Below, one piece after another: positions 6,878 to 17,300 of a stretch of DNA of 64,000 bases (within the stretch, counting starts at the first letter, position 1; each line of letters begins with the position of its first letter). The DNA is from a virus (Duplodnaviria > Caudoviricetes), in IMG/VR virus record IMGVR_UViG_3300036985_003382, positions 2,166-66,165 of that record; one strand, 5' to 3'. A program made the translations under genes and the position numbers. The notes under the pieces were generated by a model. That model made no database searches. It was not told the origin of the DNA and saw only the letters and a program-made list of their open reading frames with translations.

Positions 6878-7300
6878 ATGCCACAACAGGATTACAACAA
6901 AAATTTCACTAGACTTCCGGATAGCAATCTTAAAAATATCCGCAAAGACGCAAAAGAAAAGAACGCCTTTTTAGAATCTGTTCGCCCAGAAGTGCCTGAT
7001 GAAGTAGACTCAAAAATTAAATCAATACCATTTGTTGGGAGTTTTATATCTAGTGCTGTACGCGGTGTAGCTAAGAAAATACAAGCACCAATTGATGATG
7101 CTCGTAAAGCTAACAGGCGAGTTGAAAATCAAGCTTGGAATGAAACATTTAAACGACAAGAAATCAAAAACGCTAAACAAGATAGTGGATTAATTAAACA
7201 GGTTTTGGGTATTGAAAACGACCCAAATGAGTATGGCAAAACAGCCCTTGGTAATCCATATAAACCACCAGCCAGAGTTCGTGACATAGGGGTAAAGTAA
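6878..7300 (+). CDS. hypothetical protein
   Basis: TATAAT and AGGAG upstream; 140 aa. Confidence 0.75.
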   Translation: MPQQDYNKNFTRLPDSNLKNIRKDAKEKNAFLESVRPEVPDEVDSKIKSIPFVGSFISSAVRGVAKKIQAPIDDARKANRRVENQAWNETFKRQEIKNAKQDSGLIKQVLGIENDPNEYGKTALGNPYKPPARVRDIGVK

Positions 7301-7338
7301 ATGCCAAGCGCTATTGCAAGGAAGGCGGCAAGACACCG

Positions 7339-7698
7339 ATGAATGATCCACTGCGTCCTGATGAACGCCGACTTATAAACTACCATCGTGCAAACCTAGC
7401 AAAAGGTGGCATGAAAGATGGTAACAACATTACGACCTTTAGGGGTGTGCGATTTGGTATTGGTGACACGGAAGATGGAGAAACGTTGTATGCACCAAGG
7501 TATTTTAATAACCGTATAAATAATGACGAAGAAACTATTGCTCATGCAAAAAAAACTGGGTTATACGCTCGCTATCCTACTGTTAAAGCAGCGAAAGATG
7601 CTGAGTATAAACTGCATGAAATTATGAATAGGGATACCAATAAGTACATAGATGCTAAACGTGCTCCACTATCTAAGTTAATGGGTATAAAAAAGTAA
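7339..7698 (+). CDS. hypothetical protein
   Basis: 119-aa ORF ending SKLMGIKK. Confidence 0.7.
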   Translation: MNDPLRPDERRLINYHRANLAKGGMKDGNNITTFRGVRFGIGDTEDGETLYAPRYFNNRINNDEETIAHAKKTGLYARYPTVKAAKDAEYKLHEIMNRDTNKYIDAKRAPLSKLMGIKK

Positions 7699-7723
7699 TG
7701 TACCTACAGTATAATAATTTAGC

Positions 7724-7804
7724 CCCCAGTTGGTGAAAAGGTAGACACGACGGACTTAAAATCCGTTTCCGCAAGGAGTACAGGTTCGACTCCCGTACTG
7801 GGGA
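7724..7804 (+). tRNA. tRNA-Leu(TAA)
   Basis: Acceptor CCCCAGT/ACTGGGG, anticodon arm ACGGA-CTTAAAA-TCCGT, long variable arm with GCAA loop, TTCGACT. Confidence 0.92.
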
Positions 7805-7808
7805 CTTT

Positions 7809-7881
7809 GTCTGCGTAGCTCAGCGGATAGAGCAACTGCCTTCTAAGCAGTTGGCCACAGGTTCGAGTCCTGTCGTAGACG
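7809..7881 (+). tRNA. tRNA-Arg(TCT)
   Basis: Acceptor GTCTGCG/CGTAGAC, anticodon arm ACTGC-CTTCTAA-GCAGT, TTCGAGT. Confidence 0.95.
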
Positions 7882-7894
7882 TTGGAGGAGTAAC

Positions 7895-8182
7895 ATGAAT
7901 TCAATGGGTCCAGTCAGAACTGTAATGCTTGCAATCTGTAACGATTCTGATGTTGGTGTTATACAAAATGAAAACAAAACATTAACAATAGAATGGATGC
8001 GTAAAAATAGTGGTCATATTAACACACAATTAGTGACTGACATTGCAGAAGCTGCGATATTATTAGATGCTGTTGAGGCAAGTGGATTTAAAGTTCCATA
8101 TAGGTTTATTAAAGACCTTGCAATCAAAGCAATAAGTGAATTAATTGAGGGACGAGACGATGGTAATCTTAAAGAAGAGTAA
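7895..8182 (+). CDS. hypothetical protein
   Basis: GGAGG RBS; loosely similar to the next ORF (SDVxV; DLA..I..L.E). Confidence 0.7.
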   Translation: MNSMGPVRTVMLAICNDSDVGVIQNENKTLTIEWMRKNSGHINTQLVTDIAEAAILLDAVEASGFKVPYRFIKDLAIKAISELIEGRDDGNLKEE

Positions 8183-8393
8183 TCAATCTGATGTTGAAGT
8201 TGTGCAAGTATCGCCTACTGAATACGTAATTAAGCATGGCACTACTGAAACTGCTCCAATGGCTATTGAGAATATGACAGTAGAAATCATCAAGCTGAAG
8301 CAAGTATTGCGTATTCCCGCTAAGTGGGTTAACGATCTTGCGATGGTCACTATCAATAGTTTGATGGAAAAGTTAAACAACAAGGCGGAATAA
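8160..8393 (+). CDS. hypothetical protein, probable paralog of the preceding gene
   Basis: SDVEVV and IPAKWVNDLAMVTINSLME versus SDVGVI and VPYRFIKDLAIKAISELIE. Confidence 0.65.
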   Translation: MVILKKSNQSDVEVVQVSPTEYVIKHGTTETAPMAIENMTVEIIKLKQVLRIPAKWVNDLAMVTINSLMEKLNNKAE

Positions 8394-8395
8394 CT

Positions 8396-8860
8396 TTGGA
8401 ATTACTTGAATTTCAATGGACTGGCAAGGATGAAGATCTTAATGACTTCATCCCTGTTAGGAAGACTTCGCTTTCAAGTGGAGTTGATTTAAAAGCGTAC
8501 ATTAAAAAACCAATCGTGCTAAAGCGTGGTCAATCTCAAGTCATACCTACAGGATGGAAAGTAAAAATTCCAGAAGGTTATGAACTTCAAATCCGTTCTA
8601 GGAGTGGGCTTGCTGCAAAGCATGGCGTGTTTGTATTAAATTCACCCGGCACAATTGACGCAGACTACCAAGGTGAGCTAGGTGTTATCCTGCACAATGC
8701 TAATGAAGAACAGTTCATTGTTGTGGGCAAGATGGCAATTGCACAGTTAGTTATGTGTCCAGTTGTACTGCCAGAGATCAAAGTGATACAGACCGGTGAT
8801 TTGTTTGCAGAAACTACAGTGCGTGGTACTGGTGGATTTGGATCAACAGGATCATTCTAA
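8396..8860 (+). CDS. dut: trimeric dUTPase
   Basis: Motifs SGVDL, RSRSGLA, GTIDADYQGE, IAQLV, RGTGGFGSTG. Confidence 0.96.
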   Translation: MELLEFQWTGKDEDLNDFIPVRKTSLSSGVDLKAYIKKPIVLKRGQSQVIPTGWKVKIPEGYELQIRSRSGLAAKHGVFVLNSPGTIDADYQGELGVILHNANEEQFIVVGKMAIAQLVMCPVVLPEIKVIQTGDLFAETTVRGTGGFGSTGSF

Positions 8861-9180
8861 TGAACAACAATCATTACAGGAAGCACAAGATTCAAGCTGT
8901 GCATTGCGCGTGGGAATGGGACCTGTCATGGGAAGCGTTTAGTGCTGTTAAGTACATTGAACGCGCTGGAACTAAAATGGGTTCCACTTATAACGATGAC
9001 ATGCTTAAGGCAGTGTGGTATTTAGTTGCAGCTATTACTCAGAGTGATATTACGGCTGAGCGTATTGCGCGTGATGTAGAAGAAACACTAGGCAAAGAAA
9101 AACCGTCTGCTTTTAACAAGATGAAGAAGCAAGAGTGCCAATGCCCTGAGTGCGCTAAAGATTTAAACAAACAACTTTAA
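8860..9180 (+). CDS. DUF3310-like phage protein
   Basis: HY...IQ...AVKYIERAGTK...DMLKAVWYL pattern; typical location beside nucleotide-metabolism genes. Confidence 0.7.
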   Translation: MNNNHYRKHKIQAVHCAWEWDLSWEAFSAVKYIERAGTKMGSTYNDDMLKAVWYLVAAITQSDITAERIARDVEETLGKEKPSAFNKMKKQECQCPECAKDLNKQL

Positions 9181-9338
9181 TCGTAGTCGCACCCACATTT
9201 AGATTTTTTATTTCCACACTTAGGGCATGTTTCAGTATTTTCTACTTTCTTGCCCTTCTTCATACCTTTTTTCATGCCATTCATCATGCCGGTTTTATAG
9301 ATGCCGTCTGATTTCATCTGTTTGATTTCACGTGCCAT
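9177..9338 (-). CDS. small Lys/Met-rich protein with CPKC...CGC (53 aa), not in ORF track
   Basis: Manual translation MAREIKQMKSDGIYKTGMMNGMKKGMKKGKK...TCPKCGNKKSKCGCDYD. Confidence 0.6.
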   Translation of the reverse strand: MAREIKQMKSDGIYKTGMMNGMKKGMKKGKKVENTETCPKCGNKKSKCGCDYD

Positions 9339-9407
9339 ACCTTAGTTTACTTCAACAACTAAAGATATGCATTTACTGTATTACGGTATAATAAAACGGA
9401 GGACATT

Positions 9408-9791
9408 ATGTTTAATAACGTTTCACTTGTTGGGAGATTAACAGACAATCCTGTTACAAAAGAGTCACAACTTGGAAAGCCTTACACAACTTTCTGTATT
9501 GCGGTAGATCGAAAGACAAAAGATAAAGAGTCGGACTTTTTTAACTGCACTATGTTTGGTAATTCCGGAGTAGCGCTTGCTGAGTACTCACAAAAAGGAC
9601 GGTTACTTGCAGTTAGCGGAAAAGTACAGATTGACAAGTACACAAATAAAGATGGAGTTAAAATGCAAGCAGTTAAAGTCATTGTGGACAACTGGTCACT
9701 TCTGGACTCACGTAAAGAACAAGATGCTATACCTAACCCAAGGCCAGCAGGTCAAATTCAGACGGATGACATTGATGATCCGTTTGCTTAA
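9408..9791 (+). CDS. ssb: single-stranded DNA-binding protein
   Basis: NNVSLVGRLTDNP OB-fold start; acidic tail DDIDDPFA. Confidence 0.95.
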   Translation: MFNNVSLVGRLTDNPVTKESQLGKPYTTFCIAVDRKTKDKESDFFNCTMFGNSGVALAEYSQKGRLLAVSGKVQIDKYTNKDGVKMQAVKVIVDNWSLLDSRKEQDAIPNPRPAGQIQTDDIDDPFA

Positions 9792-9994
9792 TCTAGTAAG
9801 CCTTGCTTAAAAGCTTCTTCGTAAGCTCTGTATCTTGCGCCTATTCCAGAAACTCCAAGTTTCCAGTATGCATTCTCAAGATAAAAGTGAATTGTCCTTG
9901 GACTAATACCTAGTTCTAGGGCAATTTGTTTTGATGTCATTCTTTTACCAATTAATAAAAGAACTTCTTTTTCTCGCTTTGACAGCACTATCAT
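9788..9994 (-). CDS. LuxR/GerE-type HTH transcriptional regulator
   Basis: LSKREKEVLLLIGKRMTSKQIALELGISPRTIHFYLENAYWKLGV. Confidence 0.88.
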   Translation of the reverse strand: MIVLSKREKEVLLLIGKRMTSKQIALELGISPRTIHFYLENAYWKLGVSGIGARYRAYEEAFKQGLLD

Positions 9995-10062
9995 GATATT
10001 AGATTTTACCGCAAGTAATGCCCATGCATTAATTAACAAGTATCATGCTGTGAGGTGTATCA

Positions 10063-10314
10063 ATGGGAGTAGTAAAGAAGTACCAAAATCCGTCTGGCGG
10101 TTTAAACGCTGCTGGTCGTGCATATTACAATAGAACTACCGGTTCTAACTTAAAGCCACCTGCACCAAACCCTAAGACAAAATCTGACGCTGGTCGCAAA
10201 GCTTCATTCTGTGCGCGTATGTCTGGAATGAAAGCTAAAAATACATCTAGTAAAACTGCCAGTGATCCTAATAGCCGAATTAATAAATCGCTTCGCGCAT
10301 GGAATTGTAACTGA
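10063..10314 (+). CDS. conserved small basic phage protein (DUF6321-like)
   Basis: GGLNAAGR...RKASFCARM...DPNSRINKSLRAWNC pattern recalled from aquatic phages. Confidence 0.65.
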   Translation: MGVVKKYQNPSGGLNAAGRAYYNRTTGSNLKPPAPNPKTKSDAGRKASFCARMSGMKAKNTSSKTASDPNSRINKSLRAWNCN

Positions 10315-11078
10315 TGGCAGAAAATCAAAACCCCCGACGATGGAAAGTTAAAAGCTCTGCATACTTTGGTACTCCGGGTGTTAAAGATGCGACCAATGAG
10401 GCCGAGCGTAAAAAATATGCTCTTGAAGGCGGAGATGTAACTGCCCTTGGCGATCGTGTGGGCAAAGGTGACATTGCTGTACCTAAGAACATTCCACTAG
10501 GCACAGTATTTTACATTCCAAATTATGGATGGGGTGTTGCGCGTGATCACGGTGGAGCCATTGTAGGCAATAGGATTGACGTAGCAACAGGCGGTGTTGT
10601 TGGTGGGAAGATTAACCCACAGGCTGAGAAAGATGCTAAGCAGTGGGGAAAGAAAGATCAAACTGTCTATGTCTTTCCAAAGGGATATCAAATCCCAACC
10701 GATCGGGCACCACCACAAGCGTATTTAAATGACACAAAGAATGCTCCAGTAGCAGCACCTGTAAATAAACCAGCACAACCAAGACGTGCTCCGGGTTCTC
10801 CAATTGTTGTACAAGCCCCTAAGTCACCACTAGCACCAATGCCAGCACCACGTCAAGTGTCTGCTGTAGAGCCACCAGTACAACAACCTATGGGTCAAGT
10901 ATTTGGCAACCCGCAATCTACAATCTCCCAGCAAGTTAATGCTGATGCAGCAGCTGAACAACCGCTTGTTGCGACGTCAATGAATACATTAAGTCCATAC
11001 TTGCAAATGATGCAAGAAACTGATTTAGCAAAAAAACTATCTGCAAATATTCCATACTATAATCAAAGAGTAGGTTAA
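10314..11078 (+). CDS. 3D-domain (MltA-like) peptidoglycan hydrolase with Pro-rich tail
   Basis: SAY...IAV...IPLGT..YIPNYG...ARDHGGAIVGNRIDV...AKQWGKK. Confidence 0.8.
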   Translation: MAENQNPRRWKVKSSAYFGTPGVKDATNEAERKKYALEGGDVTALGDRVGKGDIAVPKNIPLGTVFYIPNYGWGVARDHGGAIVGNRIDVATGGVVGGKINPQAEKDAKQWGKKDQTVYVFPKGYQIPTDRAPPQAYLNDTKNAPVAAPVNKPAQPRRAPGSPIVVQAPKSPLAPMPAPRQVSAVEPPVQQPMGQVFGNPQSTISQQVNADAAAEQPLVATSMNTLSPYLQMMQETDLAKKLSANIPYYNQRVG

Positions 11079-11115
11079 CGAAATCTACATTTGTATAGAC
11101 AGATAGGAGTGTTTT

Positions 11116-11316
11116 ATGGCAATGAGAGGTAAGGCTCCAGCAAGAGGCAAGGGAGCATCGTTAGCAGCATTATTAGGTATGGCATCTGGTGGAGGAAAGC
11201 CTAAGCCAGCAAGCCGTCCAGCAGGTAAGAAGAAGTCTGCTAAAACAGCACCACCAACCGGAAGACCAATGCCACCAATGGGGCCAATGCCACCAATGGG
11301 ACCAATGGGAATGTAA
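11116..11316 (+). CDS. small basic Gly/Pro/Met-rich protein
   Basis: AGGAG RBS; PMPPMGPMPPMGPMGM tail. Confidence 0.65.
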   Translation: MAMRGKAPARGKGASLAALLGMASGGGKPKPASRPAGKKKSAKTAPPTGRPMPPMGPMPPMGPMGM

Positions 11317-11329
11317 CAGGGATTGAAAT

Positions 11330-14300
11330 ATGGCATCATTATTATCTAGCTTAGTTCGTGGAACTTCACCAGTCAGAAGACCAGAAGATGAAACAGTGAC
11401 GCCCGGAGGAGTTGCTCCTGCGCAACCTCCGGTGTCTATTCCACCTACTGCTCAACCAGTTCCTCAAGCAGCTCCACCATCAAGGGATTTAGCATCTGAG
11501 CCATTAATACCATCTATGGATGTTGGACCAGCCATGTTTGATCCATCAAAGTTAGATTTTGGTGCCTTATTTCAAAATGCTTTACTTAAGTCTCAGCCAT
11601 CTGCACCTACTACTACTGTTGATACAGCACAAGGACCACGCGTATTAGCTGGCAGTACGCCAGCACAAGATATTACACAGATTAAAAGATCTGATTTTAA
11701 AATCGAAGATATATCAGCAGATGCAAAAGGACTAGGAAAGTTTTTAACTGACTCTGGTGGGGGAACTTATAAATCTGGTTTAGGTTTGATTGATGATATG
11801 CAAACGTGGTTTAACAAGACTACGCGCACAGGCATGGGTGAAACACCTATGTCTCCACTTACAGCAGGTACAACCAGAGATGAATTATCTGGCGATAGCC
11901 CATTACGTAAGTTGGTTGGATATGCAGCTTCATTAAAGAACTCTGATGCGCCATACGCCAAGGAACAAGCTAAGGCATACTCTGATGCAATCCTTTGGCT
12001 GACTAAATCCATTGAGAACAACGATCAAAGAGCATATACAGCAGCAAAAGCAAACATTGACTCTCTTACTAAGCTAAACACAGAAGACTTTGCTAGATCT
12101 GGAACTAGATCCCAATTTGCTAGAAATGGTCAGTTAGTCAGTGCGTATGTAACAGGCAAAACCATACAACAAGCTGAGATAGATAAAGAAGCTGCATCTA
12201 CACCAGCAATACAACGTAAGGTTGTAACAAGTGCAGTTTTTGACTATGTGCAAGACAGATTTAAAGACTTAAGAACACAAGCTGAATCCGGAGGTGAAGA
12301 CGCACGGAGAGCACAGCGTACGTTAGATGTTTTTGGTCAATCATTTAAAGATATCTATGCACCAGTAACTGAGGGCACTCGTGATGCTAGATTAGCAGCA
12401 TTTGAATCATCACCACAAGGTCGAGCACTGATTACAGACGCGTTTGATAACTTGTCAGGTCTAGGATATTTTAATAGACCTAAGTTCAAAAGCATTGTAG
12501 ATAGATCAAAGGCGGGAGACATTAATCTTACGCCTGCTGATATCAAATCTATTATTGGTGAAACACAATATAAAAAACGACTCGGTTCTACTATTGATGT
12601 TGCTGATGATTTACCTGATGACGCAATCCAAGCCCTAAAACTTACACCAGATGACCCACAACGAATAAGCGGTGTCTATAGAGGTTTAACACCACAAGGC
12701 ATTGGGGCACTACAGGGCTTTGGGGATACTGATCAACCATTAGGTGAGCCACTAAGAGCAGGTCAGCCAGACGCTAGAGAATTTGATATTTCGCAGAACG
12801 TTCGTTCAACTGATACCTCTACTGGTATGACTATCACTCCAGTTACTGATAGCAAAATTAAAACTCGTGGTGAGTTAGCAGGAGCTATGGTTTCAGGCCT
12901 TGGGTTAAATACAGAACAAGCCGGAGAAATTGCTAAGCGTGTATTTACGGACACAACAGATCAACAAAGCTTTATAAACGCAGCTACCGTATCGTATGAC
13001 ATACAAGATGATGTCTTAACTAAAATTGCATCTGACGCTGGAACTATACGTGTTGCCAATACTGGTGGACAAACAACAGGAGGCCGCGCTAAAAGTACAT
13101 ATGCTTTAGTTAGCGATGTATTTGCCGCCGCTAATGATGTATTGCCACAACAAACATTTACAGAATCTTCATTAACACGACGTCAATGGGATTTGCGTAA
13201 ACGTGTATTAAATGACGCTGCTTCACAAGCTCAACAAATTGAAGGATCTGGTGCAGATGACGCAGTAAATGTAAAACGTTTCTATACAAGCGCAGATGGC
13301 AAACCAGATTTTACAAAACCAATTGTTCCAGATGCAAAAGATCAAGTAGGCAGGATTGCACTTCTTAAAGCAATGATTGATAAGGCCGCTGCTCCAGATG
13401 GCGCTGCATATAGACGTCAATTAGAGTTGCTGGCCAGAAGTGCTGTTGATGGACAACCATACACTGGCAGCATCAATATGAATCCAAGAGCGTTCCAAGG
13501 TCTTGTCAGTCTCTATGCATCACGTGTTGAAAGTGCTGCAGATGCTGATAAATCTGGGAAAACAGACAGTTGGTTCCAAAGCAAATTTGACATTAAGCCA
13601 AGTGAACTATCTAAGGTTGATAACCGAGATGCGTTCATGATGAAACTGGTAACAGCAAGCCCATCAGCGTTAAGGACATTTGCTAGTTCACTAGGAGCAG
13701 CGGATGCAACTGTTACACGTGGATTAATTCCAACTACTACTGCTGGTCAAGTAATAGATACCGCTGCTGGTATTCCGGGTGACATACAGGGTGGTGGGCG
13801 CAAGAATAGTAAAACCGAAAATCAAGCTCTAGGAAATATAGATCGAGCTACAAAAATTGTTGGCGGTGGATTTGAATCTGCTTTAGATGCAGTTTTAAAG
13901 TATAACGATGATCCTTCAACTGTAGATGTTCCACACACAAAAAAACAGTATGGCGAGGCGTTACTTGCCGTATTTGACAAAACATTAAATGAGTCAATGA
14001 AAGGCGTTTCATTTAAAGCTGGAGACAAAGCAAAGTTTAATAGTTTACGTGAAGCTATTCGCACTGAAATTATTAAACAAGCTGACACAGAATGGACTGC
14101 TGGAACTGTAACTAAAGACGATCTTAATGCAATCCTTAAACCGTTAGCTTCACAAATTCTAGGAGTTGACGCGCAAAAGACAAAAGCATTACCTGCGGTA
14201 GATAAACCTGAACCAAGTGTTGTCAAAGACCTTGAAGCTGGTAAGTCTGCTTATGACAAAGCCAAGGCTGAACTTGGCGGAGACCTTGGAACAAAAACAG

Positions 14301-17300
14301 ACATTGCAGCTGAACTTACATCTGACGAATCTTCTAAATATCCTGCGTATCAAGCATTTCTTGGAAAGTTAAAAGAAAGGCGTTTAGTCAATTATGGTCG
14401 TATTACCAAAGAAGTAGAAACACGTCAGTTAGGTATTACGACGGCTGGTGCAAAGTTAAATAGATTAAAGCAAGAAGGTAAGATCAATACACCTGAATTT
14501 AATACAGCATTAGATGCATATAACAAAGCACACGATGACTACAATGCTAAACGTTCAGAATTAGATACAGCGTTTGATTTAGTTAGTCAACCAATATCAC
14601 TTGATGATATGGACAAATTAATAAATACAAAAGAATTAGCAGTAATTGGAAGCGCTTCTAGGTCTGAAGCATTTACTAAACTAAGAGAAAAGATTTCAAA
14701 TGGTGGATGGGCATCATTAACACCAACAGAACGCGCAAGTTATTATCGTGAATCACTCACTAGATATTTTACTAGCGAACGCGGTAACGCAATCAGTCCT
14801 GTAACTCGTAGACGTTTGGCCTTTAGATCATTTATTGATTCTCCTCAAGGAGCAAACTGGGCACCTGTTAAATTAACAAGTGAACCGGGTGCTAATATAG
14901 AAAAATTAAAAGAGGACGCGTACACACCATCATATTTAACGGAAGTTACAAATGAAAAAGGTGATGTTATTGCACATAAGCTCAATCCTAATATTTCATT
15001 CAAATATGTACCAAAGTTAAATAAAGAAACAAACCGGATTGATTCATTAGATATTGTTGCTGAAGAAAGAATTACTGGCGGCGACAACAGACGAACAGTT
15101 ACAAAAAGACAGTTTGTTGTAACTGGCCGTGAAGTAGAAATTATGATGGCCCTTAATGACATGAAAGACATTAAGGATGAATTTGCTGCTATTGAAGCAA
15201 ATGTATTAAAACTTGATAGTGTTAAACAAAAAGTAACTGACACTAAACAAGCTGCAAAGTTTGGCTTAGTGCAAGATAAAGATAGTGGATATAAGTATCG
15301 AGACGGTGGATCATTTAGTCAGCTATTGCAAAGTTTAGTTGAATTTGAAAATGCTCCTAGTTTAACTAAAAACCAAGAGACGGTAAGAGCCGCATTATTG
15401 GCTGAAGGAGAAAAGTATTTAACGCAAATAGGTTCAAAAGATTCAATTAATAAGGTAGTAAACAAATACGCTAAACGTGCTGGCGCTGCAACTCGGATGA
15501 TTAAATTCCAAGACGTTTTGCGCGAACGTCTTGCTGATCGAATTGATGCCTTTAGTAAAAACGGGAGAACACCAAATTTAGCTGATTTACAACAAGACAT
15601 AAATGATTATTTTGATGGCGGTAAGATTGACGAAGTCGATAATGACGCCAGACGTACTGAAATGGCAGCTTTGCAAAAGACAGATGTTGCTGGAATTTTA
15701 CGTGCAGATAAATACGTAGAGAAAACATTTGGAACAAACGGACCATTACAAATATCAGCAGCTCAAAACACTAAGGGTAATCGAGCAATAACCATGCCCG
15801 TTGCAAAAGCTTATGATGAGTTATTGCAACTGAGAAACAAAATTGATGGTGGTGATCAATCTCCAGAAACAGAGTTTAAGTTTTTACAACTAAGAGATAA
15901 ATTTGTAGAGCACACTGGAAAATCAATTAGTGATCTCGATAGAGCATTTACTATCAGTAACGTTGAATCTGCAAATAATTTAGTTACTACTGGCGGTAAT
16001 AAACAACGAGCATCTGGTGAAAACTTTGGTATTAGATTTGGCGAATACGCTCAAAGATATATACCAATTAAAACACCACGTCCGGGATTTGAAACTGAAG
16101 CAGATTTTAAAAAGTTTAACAAAAAGATGACGGTGAATGAAAAGAAGCGCGTTGATGCAGAAAAGGAACTAGGTAAGACTCTTGGGTTTGACACCACTAA
16201 CTACAGTACACGTAGTAGTGTATGGACTGACTTGAACACAAAATGGAAGAACTCAACACCTAATCAATGGGATTCATGGATTTCTGGTGTACCTGAAGAA
16301 GTTAGAAATAGAGTTCTTGAACATTATACACGTTGGTCAACAATGGGTGGAGAGGGTAAAAATGATGCACTTGGAAATCAAGGGCAAGCAGGATGGAGGG
16401 CTATTGATTGGGCAGTTGACGGGAATGGCAATGTAACGCCTGATGCAAAAAAAGTACTATCTTCAATTACTCAATGGGCTTCAGTAAGTAGAGTCAAGTT
16501 TGATAGCAATGATCTTAAGGATTTATCAACAGACATTTTACGGATGTATACACTTGAAAACAGTAACACCAAAGTAACTAGAGAGGATTTAGCAAAGTTT
16601 AAAAGCCCATTGGTAAGAGGTGTATTGCGACAGCGAATTAATCCCGGACCCGGCATAACAATTGGTGATCCGTTTACTCAATTTATTAATGCTATTGATC
16701 CAACTCCACTGCAAGGTGCTGCGCAAATTGTTGCACAAAAACAGAAAACGGCACTGGCATTACCACAAGCGCGACGCGTAGTAAATCAAAAACTTAAAAC
16801 AGATGCTGATTTTAGGTCTGCTGTTAATTCTGTTTTACGAGCAGAAGGTGAACGTTATGTAATTACCGATCAAGGAAAAATTGCAAAACGTTCTTATTCC
16901 GCTAAAGATCCAGTAGAACCAAAGGGGTTATCTGGTGATGATTTATTCAAATGGAGAGTTGAAAATAAACAACTAACGTATTTAGATTATTTACGTTACT
17001 CTGCTGATGTGCATGACACGGCTACTCAACCAAGAGACTTTTTGATTGATGGTAAAACTGTAACGGTTCCAGTTAGAGATGTAAAAAATGGACCTGAAGG
17101 CATGTTGAAATTCTTACAGAAACGTATGTCACGTGCTGAACCTAAGTCTGTCACAAACTTTGAGGCCCCTAAGTCTGTTGTCGCATTACCACCAAATGTT
17201 GATCCATTGCGACCGGGTAGACAGATAGGATTCCGGTATCAGGGTGCAGATTACTTTATTGGTGCAAAAGAATACGCATCGCTTGTGCAAGATATAAATG

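Noticed and set aside
6369-7894. HDV-like (theta) ribozymes at tRNA 3' ends
   Set aside because: Sequences after each tRNA are short and lead straight to an RBS or the next tRNA; no nested double pseudoknot found.
7719-7904. Minus-strand 61-aa ORF
   Set aside because: Antisense shadow of tRNA-Leu and tRNA-Arg.
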